Shown here piece after piece: positions 28,323 to 37,397 of a stretch of 64,000 nucleotides of DNA (the first letter of the stretch is position 1; every line of letters starts with the position of its first letter). Origin of the DNA: Candidatus Anderseniibacteriota bacterium (lineage in GTDB: Bacteria > Patescibacteriota > JAUYIX01). Below the pieces are notes generated by a model. It did not search any database. It had not been told where the DNA came from and worked only from the letters and a program-made list of their open reading frames with translations. A program made the translations under genes and the position numbers. The DNA is taken from contig JAXLZM010000001.1 of NCBI GenBank assembly GCA_046350855.1, positions 217,420 through 281,419 of the forward strand. Direction: 5' to 3'.

Positions 28323-29033
28323 CTAGCGTGTAAAACGAGGCAGTGCACGTACGGCCTCTAGTTCTTCCGGCGTGCCTACGGAATACCACTCGTGGGCCCG
28401 CACGGCGGTGATTTTTTGCGGGCCGCCTTGGTTGGCCGGCAGATGTGCGAGCTGTGCCATAGTTTGCGGCAGTCCGGCCTCGCCTTTAGGAGTCAGCCGA
28501 GGTGGCAGCGCAAAGTAGCGCTCGTCTAGAGTATAGACCGCGCAGTTAACGAGATAGGGCGGCTTGGGAGTGCCATCACCGGCTTCTCGGATGGCGGCAA
28601 CGTAGCCGTCTGTATTGAGCTCGATACTGCCAAAGCGCTTGGGATCACTCACCTCTTTAACCAAAATCGCGTAGGGATGCTTGACCATCTCCTGCAAGTC
28701 ACGCGCATCGTACAGATCATCCCCCATTAAGACCAAAAACGTGCCTGGTCGCAGTCCAACTTTGGCGGCGACAAGAGCCGCGCCTGTTCCACCTAGTTTT
28801 TCCTGGTGAACATACGTGACCGGCCTGCCGTTGTAGTTAGTGCCGATGGCCGCAACGATTTGCTCGGATAAGTAGCCGACCACGATCACAATGCGATCGA
28901 TCTCAGGCGGAAGTGCGTCGAGCGTGTGTGTAAGGATCGACTTACCCCCGACCGCAAGCAGCGGCTTAGGGGTTTTGAGCGTCAAAGGCCGCAGCCGCGT
29001 GCCCAGTCCCGCTGCTAAAATGACCGCGTCCAC
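28323..29033 (-). CDS. sugar-phosphate nucleotidyltransferase
   Basis: (V)DAVILAAGLGTRLRPLTLKTPKPLLAVGGKSIL... A GTG start is chosen so the gene does not overlap efp. The track ORF continues upstream only because there is no stop. Confidence 0.6.
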   Translation of the reverse strand: MDAVILAAGLGTRLRPLTLKTPKPLLAVGGKSILTHTLDALPPEIDRIVIVVGYLSEQIVAAIGTNYNGRPVTYVHQEKLGGTGAALVAAKVGLRPGTFLVLMGDDLYDARDLQEMVKHPYAILVKEVSDPKRFGSIELNTDGYVAAIREAGDGTPKPPYLVNCAVYTLDERYFALPPRLTPKGEAGLPQTMAQLAHLPANQGGPQKITAVRAHEWYSVGTPEELEAVRALPRFTR

Positions 29034-29049
29034 AAAAGTCGAGCTGTAA

Positions 29050-29613
29050 TTAGGCCTGTCCGGCGCGCTCGCTGTACTTGCCGGTCTCGGTGTTAACTCG
29101 GATCGTGTCGCCCACTTTAATAAACAGCGGCACGTTAACCGTAAGCCCGTTCTCGAGGGTGACTTCTTTAGTGCCGCCGGTGGCGGTATCACCCTTGGTA
29201 CCAGGCGGCGCCTCAGTGACTCTAAAGTCGACTTTGTTGGGGAGTTCAACCGTGATGGGCTTACCATCAAAGTTGAGAATCGTATTGATGTCACTCTCTT
29301 TGAGATACTTGGCGGCGCTGCCCACGACCTCCGCCGGAATCCCGAACTGCTCGTACGTTGCCTGGTCCATAAAATAATACTGCGACTCATCCTTGTAGAG
29401 ATACTGGGCCTGGCTGCGGTTGACGTCGGCGGCCTCGACCTTGTCGCCCTGCTTAAAGGTTTTTTCCAGCACACTGCCGTCTTTGAGGTTGCGCAATTTG
29501 GTACGCATGACCGGGCGGCGCTGGGCCGTCTTCATAAAATCCGATTTGAGCACCACGTAGGGCGCGTCATTGAGCTCGAGTACGGCTCCAACGCGGAGTT
29601 CATCGATTCGCAT
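29050..29613 (-). CDS. efp: elongation factor P
   Basis: MRIDELRVGAVLELNDAPYVVLKSDFMKTAQRRPVMRTKLRNLKDGSVLEKTFKQGDKVE... (187 aa). Confidence 0.9.
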   Translation of the reverse strand: MRIDELRVGAVLELNDAPYVVLKSDFMKTAQRRPVMRTKLRNLKDGSVLEKTFKQGDKVEAADVNRSQAQYLYKDESQYYFMDQATYEQFGIPAEVVGSAAKYLKESDINTILNFDGKPITVELPNKVDFRVTEAPPGTKGDTATGGTKEVTLENGLTVNVPLFIKVGDTIRVNTETGKYSERAGQA

Positions 29614-29736
29614 AGGACTCCGTTTTACCGCAGCTGGATGCACACGTCAACGACGGACCTGAGAGCGCGTTGACATACACCACCCTACGTGCGAGTCTGG
29701 CGCCAGCGAAATCGCACCTTTTACAAGGGAGGGCCT

Positions 29737-30117
29737 ATGCACGAGAGCATCCTTTTGGAGTTCCAAAGGATACGCGCGATCATCAAACCTAACGCCTTTA
29801 CCCTGGTCAGAGTGGAAGAAGAGCTGATCAATGACAAGGACTGGAGGGAGTTCTATCTGCACAATCCGCAACTCGAGTGCATCTACTGCGTCTGTCTTGA
29901 GTATGAACCTGTGGCAGAGACGATCGGCGTACAGGACACAATCAAGGACATCAGCTTTTGTTTTGGGATCGAAGACAACTGTATCGCACTCGAAGTGAAC
30001 GATGAGACGTGCATCGTCAATGCTACGCTCACAGCAGAATTGCGACTAATCCGCGACTTAGTCAAGATCGAAGTCAGTCGGCTTTTTCTTACCTACCCGT
30101 TTATCTATCACCGTTAG
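29737..30117 (+). CDS. hypothetical protein (126 aa) in a lower-GC pocket
   Basis: A strong RBS (AGGGAGG) sits 5 nt before the ATG. MHESILLEFQRIRAIIKPNAFTLVRVEEELINDKDWREFYLHNPQLECIYCVCLEYEP... I recognise no family. It is convergent with the ARH gene. Confidence 0.5.
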   Translation: MHESILLEFQRIRAIIKPNAFTLVRVEEELINDKDWREFYLHNPQLECIYCVCLEYEPVAETIGVQDTIKDISFCFGIEDNCIALEVNDETCIVNATLTAELRLIRDLVKIEVSRLFLTYPFIYHR

Positions 30118-30150
30118 ATTCGTCTGACGGTGTTTTTTTATAAAGAAAAA

Positions 30151-30177
30151 CCGCCAGCAGGATGAACCTACCGGCGG
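30151..30177. terminator. bidirectional intrinsic terminator between the convergent genes
   Basis: CCGCCAGCAGG-ATGAA-CCTACCGGCGG (9/11 bp pair). It is flanked by tgttttttta on the left and ttcttcttattctttt on the right. Confidence 0.5.
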
Positions 30178-30205
30178 TTCTAACCGTTGGCGGGGATACT
30201 TCTTC

Positions 30206-31126
30206 TTATTCTTTTCCGATTCGCATGAGTTGTGTGCTCAAGGACTTGAGGCGCTCTGGGCCAGTTACGGGGTTACCGTCCTCAAGACCCTGTTCCATAA
30301 ACACAGGCAGCTGTTCGAACGGATGACGACAGGAGAGGATGCCCCAGGTAATCGCCGCAACCGAATCCGTATCACCGCCCATCCGCAAGATCCTGCGCAT
30401 GGCCTCCAGTAGGCTGTCGGTCTCTCGTAACAGGGTGAACACTACTCGCACTGTAGTTAGCGCAAACGGTTCGTGCACGTCGGGCACAATTGGCGTATCG
30501 AACCACCGCGCATACATGAATTCCAGTTCACCTAGATTCTGTAGCGGACAGCGCCGGTAGAAGTCGCGAAACTCCTCAAACGGTTCTTCCCGATAGAGCG
30601 CAAAGTAGGTGAGCAGAGCCACTGCCTTTGCGGAGAGAATTCCTGACGGCGTATTGTGCGTGACCTGTGCCTGGACCATCGCCGCACGCACGACATCCTG
30701 CACGCTAGCAAGCACACCACAGGGGACCGCTCGCATCGCGGCACCGTTCTTGGTCGAATGCGCCCGAACTCGCGCGAGCAACTCAGTGCCATCTTTGCAC
30801 TCCGTGAGCAACCCCTGAAAGCCACGCGCGTAGCCGTGCCGGCGGCCGCCATACTGGAACTCCTCGACATACGCATTGGCAAAGTCCAAGGTCGTCCAGG
30901 GTCCCGTCGGCAATCGGAGCAGGACCTTAGTATTGGCAATCGACATCTCTGTATCGTCGGTATACTGGCCAGCACGGTGTTGTAATCTTGGATGACGGAG
31001 ATACCGGTTAAAGCTGAGCGCCTCTCCTACTTGGTAGGTTTCGTCCGCATTGAGGTACTCGCAGGCGGCCGCGTACGCATCCGCCATGGCGATGTACAGC
31101 AAGAGCTTAGGATTTTTCCAGCTCAT
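30206..31126 (-). CDS. ADP-ribosylglycohydrolase family protein
   Basis: LLLYIAMADAYAAACEY...YTDDTEMSIA...GGDTDSVAAITWGIL (ARH/DraG-like motifs). Confidence 0.7.
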   Translation of the reverse strand: MSWKNPKLLLYIAMADAYAAACEYLNADETYQVGEALSFNRYLRHPRLQHRAGQYTDDTEMSIANTKVLLRLPTGPWTTLDFANAYVEEFQYGGRRHGYARGFQGLLTECKDGTELLARVRAHSTKNGAAMRAVPCGVLASVQDVVRAAMVQAQVTHNTPSGILSAKAVALLTYFALYREEPFEEFRDFYRRCPLQNLGELEFMYARWFDTPIVPDVHEPFALTTVRVVFTLLRETDSLLEAMRRILRMGGDTDSVAAITWGILSCRHPFEQLPVFMEQGLEDGNPVTGPERLKSLSTQLMRIGKE

Positions 31127-31238
31127 TTTTTTCCTTTCTAGCGTGGTAAAGAGCCTCCAAAAACTGAGTCGTTCATCCTATGCGCTTGTGAACGTTTTGT
31201 CACTTGCCCGAGCGAGGGGCAGCGCTACACTAATCCGC

Positions 31239-32243
31239 ATGTCACAACCTATCCTCGTCACCGGTTGCGCCGGTTTTATCGGTGCCAACTTCGTTAAGCA
31301 ATTCAAGACGCAATTTCCTGATCGCCGGGTCATCGGCATAGACGATTTTTCGAGTGGCCGCCGTGATGCACTCGACCCAACGATCACTTTTTACGAGGGT
31401 TCCATCTTGGATAAACAACTTCTCACCAAGATCTTCTCAACCCACACGCCGGAGTACGTGTTTCATTTTGCGGCCATGCCACGTGTCTCGCTCTCGGTCG
31501 ACTACCCCGCCGAGACAACCGCAGCCAACATTCTCGGGACCGTCCAGGTTTTTGACCAAGCCCGTAAAAACGGAACCAAGCGCGTGATTTTTTCGAGTTC
31601 GTCCAGCGTGTATGGTGGCGCCGACAAAATGCCAACGCGCGAGGACGAGAACCCGCCCAATCCACAATCACCCTATGCACTGCAAAAGTGGGCCTGCGAA
31701 CCCTTTGCCCAAATGTTTAGCAAACTGTACGGGCTCGACACGGTTTGCCTGCGCTACTTTAATGTTTTTGGTCCCGGGCAATACGGCGATGCGCCCTACT
31801 CGACCGTCATGTCGGCCTGGCTCGAGGCCCTGTATTTTCCTAAGACCGGCAAGGACGGCAAGCTTAAGAGAGCTTTTTTGGAGGGCGATGGCACCCAGTC
31901 GCGCGATTTTTGCTATGTAGAAAACGTGGTTAGCGCAAACATTTTAGCCATGCAGCATACTGAACCACTCCGCGGCGCAGTCTTTAACGTCGGCCATGGT
32001 GAACGTACCAGTCTGATTGAGGTCAAAGATCTAATCGAAAAATACACGGGTCAAAAACTCGATTTAGAACTGCGTGCTCCCCGGGTCGGCGACGTCAAAC
32101 ACACCCAGGCTGATATCTCCAAGGCCACCAAAATCCTCGGCTACAAACCACTCGTCAACTTTGAAGAGGGACTCAAGCGAACGGTTGCGTGGTTCAACCA
32201 ACGCAAAGCACGCAGCAAGTCCAAAGCGGAACTAGCCGTTTAG
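31239..32243 (+). CDS. NAD-dependent epimerase/dehydratase (UDP-glucose 4-epimerase / UDP-sugar epimerase family)
   Basis: MSQPILVTGCAGFIGANFVKQF (Rossmann motif) ...YALQK... (YxxxK). The ATG at 31239 lies inside the longer track ORF. Confidence 0.75.
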   Translation: MSQPILVTGCAGFIGANFVKQFKTQFPDRRVIGIDDFSSGRRDALDPTITFYEGSILDKQLLTKIFSTHTPEYVFHFAAMPRVSLSVDYPAETTAANILGTVQVFDQARKNGTKRVIFSSSSSVYGGADKMPTREDENPPNPQSPYALQKWACEPFAQMFSKLYGLDTVCLRYFNVFGPGQYGDAPYSTVMSAWLEALYFPKTGKDGKLKRAFLEGDGTQSRDFCYVENVVSANILAMQHTEPLRGAVFNVGHGERTSLIEVKDLIEKYTGQKLDLELRAPRVGDVKHTQADISKATKILGYKPLVNFEEGLKRTVAWFNQRKARSKSKAELAV

Positions 32244-32272
32244 GACTTTGCAGCTGAACGGGCATAAAGTTG

Positions 32273-32632
32273 TTATTTGACAGCCGCCTCGGCTTCGAGT
32301 TGCAAGTCTGATCTTAAAACCTCAGTGATCACCTGATCTTTAGTAAAGTCAAAAAATCTGACTGGTTTATTGAGGCTCGTCGCTAGATTGATCTCGACCA
32401 GGACTCCATCGCTGATTTGCCCAAAAACCCAGAGTTCATCGCAGCGACGGACAAGGGTATTGTTGCCATCCCGCACAGCATCTCGTTCAACACTGTCTAA
32501 TAAAAAGTAATCAAAAATCATAAATGGATTGAGCGGCACTGCGCCATGTTGGATCACAAATCGACTCACGAACATACGCATATAGAAACGCTTTTTTGAA
32601 AGCGCTGTATAGACAAGACGTCGTTCAGCCAT
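32273..32632 (-). CDS. hypothetical protein (possibly DUF4406/nucleoside 2-deoxyribosyltransferase-like)
   Basis: A 119-aa ORF, MAERRLVYTALSKKRF... Confidence 0.35.
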   Translation of the reverse strand: MAERRLVYTALSKKRFYMRMFVSRFVIQHGAVPLNPFMIFDYFLLDSVERDAVRDGNNTLVRRCDELWVFGQISDGVLVEINLATSLNKPVRFFDFTKDQVITEVLRSDLQLEAEAAVK

Positions 32633-32635
32633 TGA

Positions 32636-33157
32636 CTAGTTGTTGCCAACAAACTCTTGGCCGGGCTTCCACTCAACCGGACAGAGCTTGCCCGATTGCA
32701 AAGCCTGTACCACGCGTAGGGTCTCCCCGACCGAGCGACCCGCATCGTTAAACGAGACGAGTTGGTACTTAAGCACGCCCTCCGGATCGATCACAAAGGT
32801 ACCGCGCAGCGCCGTGCCCTCCTCCTCAATCAAAACATCATACGCACGTGCGACCTCTTTTTTGATGTCCGATAACAACGGGAAGTTGAGCGTGATGCCC
32901 ATATCTTTCTCCCAAGCTTTGTGTGAGTGCACCGAGTCGATGCTAATCCCAAAGAGCTGCGTTTTGATTTTGGCAAACTCGGGTGCGGCATTGTTAAAGC
33001 CTTTGATCTCGGTCGGGCAAATAAAGGTAAAGTCGAGCGGATAAAAAACCAGCACGACCCACTTACCGCGATACTCCTCAAGCTTAAACTGGCTGAACTC
33101 CCCTTTGTGGTAGCCCTCGAGTTCAAAATCGGGGACCGGATGACCAACCTTGATCAT
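32636..33157 (-). CDS. peroxiredoxin (2-Cys Prx/AhpC family)
   Basis: MIKVGHPVPDFELEGY...VVLVFYPLDFTFICPTEI...LCPVEWKPG. The ATG at 33157 was verified as plus-strand 'cat' at 33155-33157. The track ORF is longer only because no stop intervenes before sodA. Confidence 0.8.
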   Translation of the reverse strand: MIKVGHPVPDFELEGYHKGEFSQFKLEEYRGKWVVLVFYPLDFTFICPTEIKGFNNAAPEFAKIKTQLFGISIDSVHSHKAWEKDMGITLNFPLLSDIKKEVARAYDVLIEEEGTALRGTFVIDPEGVLKYQLVSFNDAGRSVGETLRVVQALQSGKLCPVEWKPGQEFVGNN

Positions 33158-33174
33158 TGTAAGTACGTTACGTA

Positions 33175-33771
33175 TTAAAGCTTCCAGCCTTTGACCTTGT
33201 CGTGACGCTCGCCCACCACGGTCCAATCGACATTTTTGAAGAACGCCTCTAGGTAGTCTTTGCGCTTGACCCCGTAATCGATCATGTAGGCGTGCTCGTA
33301 GACGTCCATAATTAGGAGCGGCACGCTGGCCCAGATCGCACCTTTGTCGTGGGCGTCCTGCGAGTAGAGATGCAATTGGCCGTCGTACATCGAGTAAGCC
33401 AAAACAACCCAACCACGTGCCGCGAGCCCCGCCGCTTTAAAGGTCTTAACAAATCCGTCCCACGATCCCCACGCACTCTCGACGGCTTTTTTGAGCGGGG
33501 CCTCCGGCGCTTTGCCACCCTTTACTAAGTTGGCAAAGTACCACTCGTGCAAGGTGATGCCGTTAGTGGCAAAAGCTTGCTGGCGGAGCAGTTCCCCCAG
33601 CTCAGAGTACGTCGCGTTAGTGCCCTCGAGACTAGCCTTGGGCAGGGTCTCCTCGATCTCACCAAGTTTTTTGACGTAGCCGGTGTAGAGCACGTCGTGG
33701 TGCTGCGCGAGTTGGTCGGCGCTGATACCGTCGAGCTCTGTGTATGGGAGTGGTTGTGGTGTACGTTGCAT
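33175..33771 (-). CDS. sodA: superoxide dismutase (Fe/Mn family)
   Basis: ...LPYTELDGISADQLAQHHDVLYTGYVKKL...DVYEHAYMIDY. Confidence 0.85.
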   Translation of the reverse strand: MQRTPQPLPYTELDGISADQLAQHHDVLYTGYVKKLGEIEETLPKASLEGTNATYSELGELLRQQAFATNGITLHEWYFANLVKGGKAPEAPLKKAVESAWGSWDGFVKTFKAAGLAARGWVVLAYSMYDGQLHLYSQDAHDKGAIWASVPLLIMDVYEHAYMIDYGVKRKDYLEAFFKNVDWTVVGERHDKVKGWKL

Positions 33772-33777
33772 AGTCGT

Positions 33778-35391
33778 CTATCGTACCACGGCGCCGTCGA
33801 CGCTCGCGTAGCGACCCAAGCCGCGACTTCCAGCACCCGCCGCCCGTGGGCCCTTGGGGTTACGCTTGAGATAGTCGATCAAGAGACGCACCCCAAAACC
33901 GGTTCCGCCGGCTGGTTGATAGCCCGAGCTACGGGTGCGCATGGAGGTCCCGGCAATGTCTAAAAAGGCCATAGGAACCTCGCCACAAAAAGATTCCAAA
34001 AAGGCCCCGGCCTGAATCGTATCGCCATACATCCGTTTGCCGGGCGCGACGTTAACCAAATCGGCCTTGCTGGATTTATTTTGCTGGCGATAAAAATCAA
34101 CCAGCGGGAGCGGCCAGGTCCATTCAGCGGTCCGAACACTGGCGGCGTAGAGTTGTTCGGCCAGCTGATCGTGGTTACTGACCAGGCCAGCATAGTGCTC
34201 GCCAAAGGTGACGAGCGTGACCCCACTCAAAGTCGCCACATCAATAATGGCACTCGGGTGAACATTCTTTACTGCGTAGGCGTTGGCATCGGCCAAAATC
34301 AGGCGGCCCTCCGCGTCGGTGTTGCCAATCTCGACGGTCTGACCGTTGTAGGCTTTGAGAACGGAACCGGGCTTGTAGGCGTTGCCTCCAATGGCGTTCT
34401 CGGCCACCGGCACGACCGCGACCAGATTAGTCTTAAGTTTGAGTTGGGCCGCCAGCTTGAGCACGGTCAAAACGGTTGCAGCCCCGGACATGTCGAGATG
34501 CATCTCGGTCAGCATCCCATGGGTCGGCTTGAGATTGACACCACCCGTGTCAAAGGTAATGCCCTTGCCGATAAGCGCTAGACGCTCGTTACTGGCACGA
34601 TTACCCTGATACTCTAAGACGATCAATTTGGGTGGCCAGTTGCTAGCACGTCCGACGGCATGCAATAAATTGAGGCCAAGTTTTTTGAGCTGCGGTGCTT
34701 CTAAAACAGTACAGCGTAATTTGTACTCCCGTGCGAGAGCTTGGGCATGTTTGGCCAAAGTCGCCGGGGTAACCTCATCGGAGTTGTCGTTTTGCAAATC
34801 GCGCGCCTCGTTGACGGCAGCTGCGATGAGTTGTTTTTCTTGAAAAGCCGCGCTGATCGATTTGGAGATGGTCAGGGGTACCAGATGCAGACGCTTGGTC
34901 GAGAACTTACTTTGCACGTGCTTGTAGCGATCAAATTCATAGCCACCCAGGAGCACCCCCTCGACTAGGCCGCCGACCAGATCAGCCGGCGTTGCAACAG
35001 CTGGGAGTTTTTCTGGCCACGTTAAAGCGGCCTCATCGATCCGGAGTTTTTCGAGCAGGTGCAAGCTAGTCGCCGCCGCAACTCGAGCACGCTCCAAGGA
35101 AAAATCTTTGCGCACTCCTAGACCAATCAAAATCAAAATGCGGTTTTGCTGGGCCGGACAGTAGAGTGCGTCACTTGTAGCAGCGCTAAACCCCCGCTTT
35201 TTTAAAAAGCCGGGGAGGTCCGCGATGCTCGGTTGCGCCACAGCAAATGCGGCCTTGGGTAGCCCCAGCTGGGGACGCGCAAGATCATCGGTAAAAACGA
35301 GGGCCACCAGGCCATCCACCGAGGTCGTTTTTTTGAGCGGTGTCAGTGTGAGTTGCGGGATCTGCATGTCCGCTGACCATACCGCGGCCAC
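33778..35391 (-). CDS. pepA: leucyl aminopeptidase (M17 family)
   Basis: ...LIGKGITFDTGGVNLKP...NTDAEGRL...VATLSGV. The start may be the internal Met (MQIPQL...). Confidence 0.8.
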   Translation of the reverse strand: MAAVWSADMQIPQLTLTPLKKTTSVDGLVALVFTDDLARPQLGLPKAAFAVAQPSIADLPGFLKKRGFSAATSDALYCPAQQNRILILIGLGVRKDFSLERARVAAATSLHLLEKLRIDEAALTWPEKLPAVATPADLVGGLVEGVLLGGYEFDRYKHVQSKFSTKRLHLVPLTISKSISAAFQEKQLIAAAVNEARDLQNDNSDEVTPATLAKHAQALAREYKLRCTVLEAPQLKKLGLNLLHAVGRASNWPPKLIVLEYQGNRASNERLALIGKGITFDTGGVNLKPTHGMLTEMHLDMSGAATVLTVLKLAAQLKLKTNLVAVVPVAENAIGGNAYKPGSVLKAYNGQTVEIGNTDAEGRLILADANAYAVKNVHPSAIIDVATLSGVTLVTFGEHYAGLVSNHDQLAEQLYAASVRTAEWTWPLPLVDFYRQQNKSSKADLVNVAPGKRMYGDTIQAGAFLESFCGEVPMAFLDIAGTSMRTRSSGYQPAGGTGFGVRLLIDYLKRNPKGPRAAGAGSRGLGRYASVDGAVVR

Positions 35392-35430
35392 CCTACCAAC
35401 GCAAGGCCAAAAGGTGCTAAAGCGACCGGC

Positions 35431-35994
35431 CTAAAACTGCAGAGCCTCGCTACCCTGCAAAAGCAAAATCAAAATCGTAGCAATCGATAAAAAGACGGAG
35501 ATGACGATGGCGACCGACTTACGGACTCCTGTAATCGCGTGCAAACCGAGAGCAAAGTACAGACCCGGAGTACCAAGGAGGAGCGCCACGACTAACAGGA
35601 GTCGCGTCGCCCAAAAAACAGCGTTCTCCGGAGCAAACGACATCAGAGCAAGCAGCTGCACCAAAATAGCGATAATTCCTGCAAAAGCCAGTGGGATTGC
35701 GGCCAAGCCCGACATAACTAAGATCGCATTAAAATTTGCTTTGGCTCCAGAGGATTGGGTCAGTAAATAGGCTAGCCCCGAGACGGTCAGCCAGATCGCG
35801 ATAATCCAAAAGGTAATCTCGGCAATGCTGCGCACGATCAGGACGGTGGTCAGGGCATCATGGTTGGCCAGACGTGAGAGCTGTAAACCGAGCAAGACGA
35901 TCCAAATACTTCCCACCACAAAAAGAGAATCCGTGACCAGCGCATTCTTTTTAAGCTCTCTAAATGACTGAACCGGGGTCTTGAGGAAGTTCAT
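35431..35994 (-). CDS. Yip1-family membrane protein
   Basis: A 187-aa protein with 5 TM helices and a Yip1-like topology. Confidence 0.45.
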   Translation of the reverse strand: MNFLKTPVQSFRELKKNALVTDSLFVVGSIWIVLLGLQLSRLANHDALTTVLIVRSIAEITFWIIAIWLTVSGLAYLLTQSSGAKANFNAILVMSGLAAIPLAFAGIIAILVQLLALMSFAPENAVFWATRLLLVVALLLGTPGLYFALGLHAITGVRKSVAIVISVFLSIATILILLLQGSEALQF

Positions 35995-36034
35995 CTCCTT
36001 TAGGATTTAGTGTAGCACAGGCCTTTTTAAGCCA

Positions 36035-37000
36035 CTAACCCCCGTACGAACTGGTCGGAGCGGTTCCACCGGCTAGTCCTCTGTCAGAGAGCCAGCGCTC
36101 GGCATCCATACCTGCCATACAGCCCAGGCCCGCTGCCGTGATGGCTTGGCGGTAGCGGTAATCTTGTACATCACCGGCCACAAAGACCCCCTCGACCGAG
36201 GTGAGCGTATTGTTTTTGACCACGACGTAGCCTTTTTTATCGACCGTAATTTGGCCTTTTAAAAAGGGTGTGTTGGGAGCGTGGCCGATCGCGACAAACA
36301 GCCCATCCGTTGTAAACTCAGTCTCTTTTTTAGTGTTGACTTCGCGCAGACGTACGCCCGTAACGTGCTCTTTACCGAGGACCTCGGCGACCTCACTGTT
36401 CCAGATAAAACTAATCTTGGGATTTTTTTTGGCCCGTTCTTGCATGATTTTTGAGGCACGTAAACTGTCGCGACGATGCACAACCGTCACTTTGGTCGCA
36501 AACTTGGTCAAAAAGAGGGCTTCTTCCATGGCGGCATCACCCCCACCTACGACCACAACCTCTTTGCCCTTAAAAAAGAAACCATCGCAGGTAGCGCAGC
36601 TTGAGACCCCGTGGCCGATCAACGCTTGCTCACTCGGTAAGCCCAGCCACTTGGAGGAAGCCCCCGTTGCAATCACGATACTGTGGGTTTGAATTTGCTT
36701 GCCACCCGCCGTCACCACAAAGGGTTTTTTTGAGAGATCGACCGCATCGACGTTAACGTCGATGATCTCGGCGCCAAAGCGCTGGGCTTGCTCACGCATG
36801 CTCTTCATGAGATCAGGACCCAGAATCCCCTTAGGAAACCCTGGAAAGTTCTCGACCTCGCTGGTAATCATGAGTTGTCCGCCGGGGGTTGCACCCGCAC
36901 AGACCAACGGCTTGAGTTCTGCCCGCGCCGTGTAAATGGCGGCAGTCAAACCCGCCGGCCCGGAGCCGATAATAACGACCGATCTAATCCCTGGTTGCAT
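36035..37000 (-). CDS. trxB: thioredoxin-disulfide reductase
   Basis: VVIIGSGPAGLTAAIY...CATCDGFFFKGKEVVVVGGGDAAMEEA (CxxC redox centre and NADPH-binding site). Confidence 0.85.
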   Translation of the reverse strand: MQPGIRSVVIIGSGPAGLTAAIYTARAELKPLVCAGATPGGQLMITSEVENFPGFPKGILGPDLMKSMREQAQRFGAEIIDVNVDAVDLSKKPFVVTAGGKQIQTHSIVIATGASSKWLGLPSEQALIGHGVSSCATCDGFFFKGKEVVVVGGGDAAMEEALFLTKFATKVTVVHRRDSLRASKIMQERAKKNPKISFIWNSEVAEVLGKEHVTGVRLREVNTKKETEFTTDGLFVAIGHAPNTPFLKGQITVDKKGYVVVKNNTLTSVEGVFVAGDVQDYRYRQAITAAGLGCMAGMDAERWLSDRGLAGGTAPTSSYGG

Positions 37001-37086
37001 TGTGCCCAGAGTATACCAAAATCCCACGCAGCAAAACAAAAACCACCCGACTAACGAGTGGCTTTTGTTTATACACGGGCTTTGGA

Positions 37087-37266
37087 CTAAACGTCCTGGG
37101 CCTTAACGGTCGTGCGCTTGTTACCTTTGGCGCGCTCTACTGCGCGATCCAACATCATGGAGACGTGCTTGTTCAACTCCTCCAAAAGCTCACCACTGGT
37201 CTTGCCGTCCTTGCTCTTGATGTAGGCTTTAACTTTGCTGCCGACGAGCATCATATCTGCTGCCAT
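37087..37266 (-). CDS. bacterial histone-fold protein (DUF1931 / HBb-like singlet histone)
   Basis: MAADMMLVGSKVKAYIKSKDGKTSGELLEELNKHVSMMLDRAVERAKGNKRTTVKAQDV, about 60 aa. Its C-terminal half aligns with archaeal HMfB ...LAKILEEMGRDIASEAIKLARHAGRKTIKAEDI. Confidence 0.65.
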   Translation of the reverse strand: MAADMMLVGSKVKAYIKSKDGKTSGELLEELNKHVSMMLDRAVERAKGNKRTTVKAQDV

Positions 37267-37397
37267 GTAAATCACCCCCTCTCGGGTAGGTTAGTAAATT
37301 TCTGCCCGAGTATAGCACAAGGCCTTGCGACGCCAAGTGGAGGGGTTTTATGCAGTTTCCCAAAATCTATGCTATGGAGGCGGGTCCTCCGGCAGAA

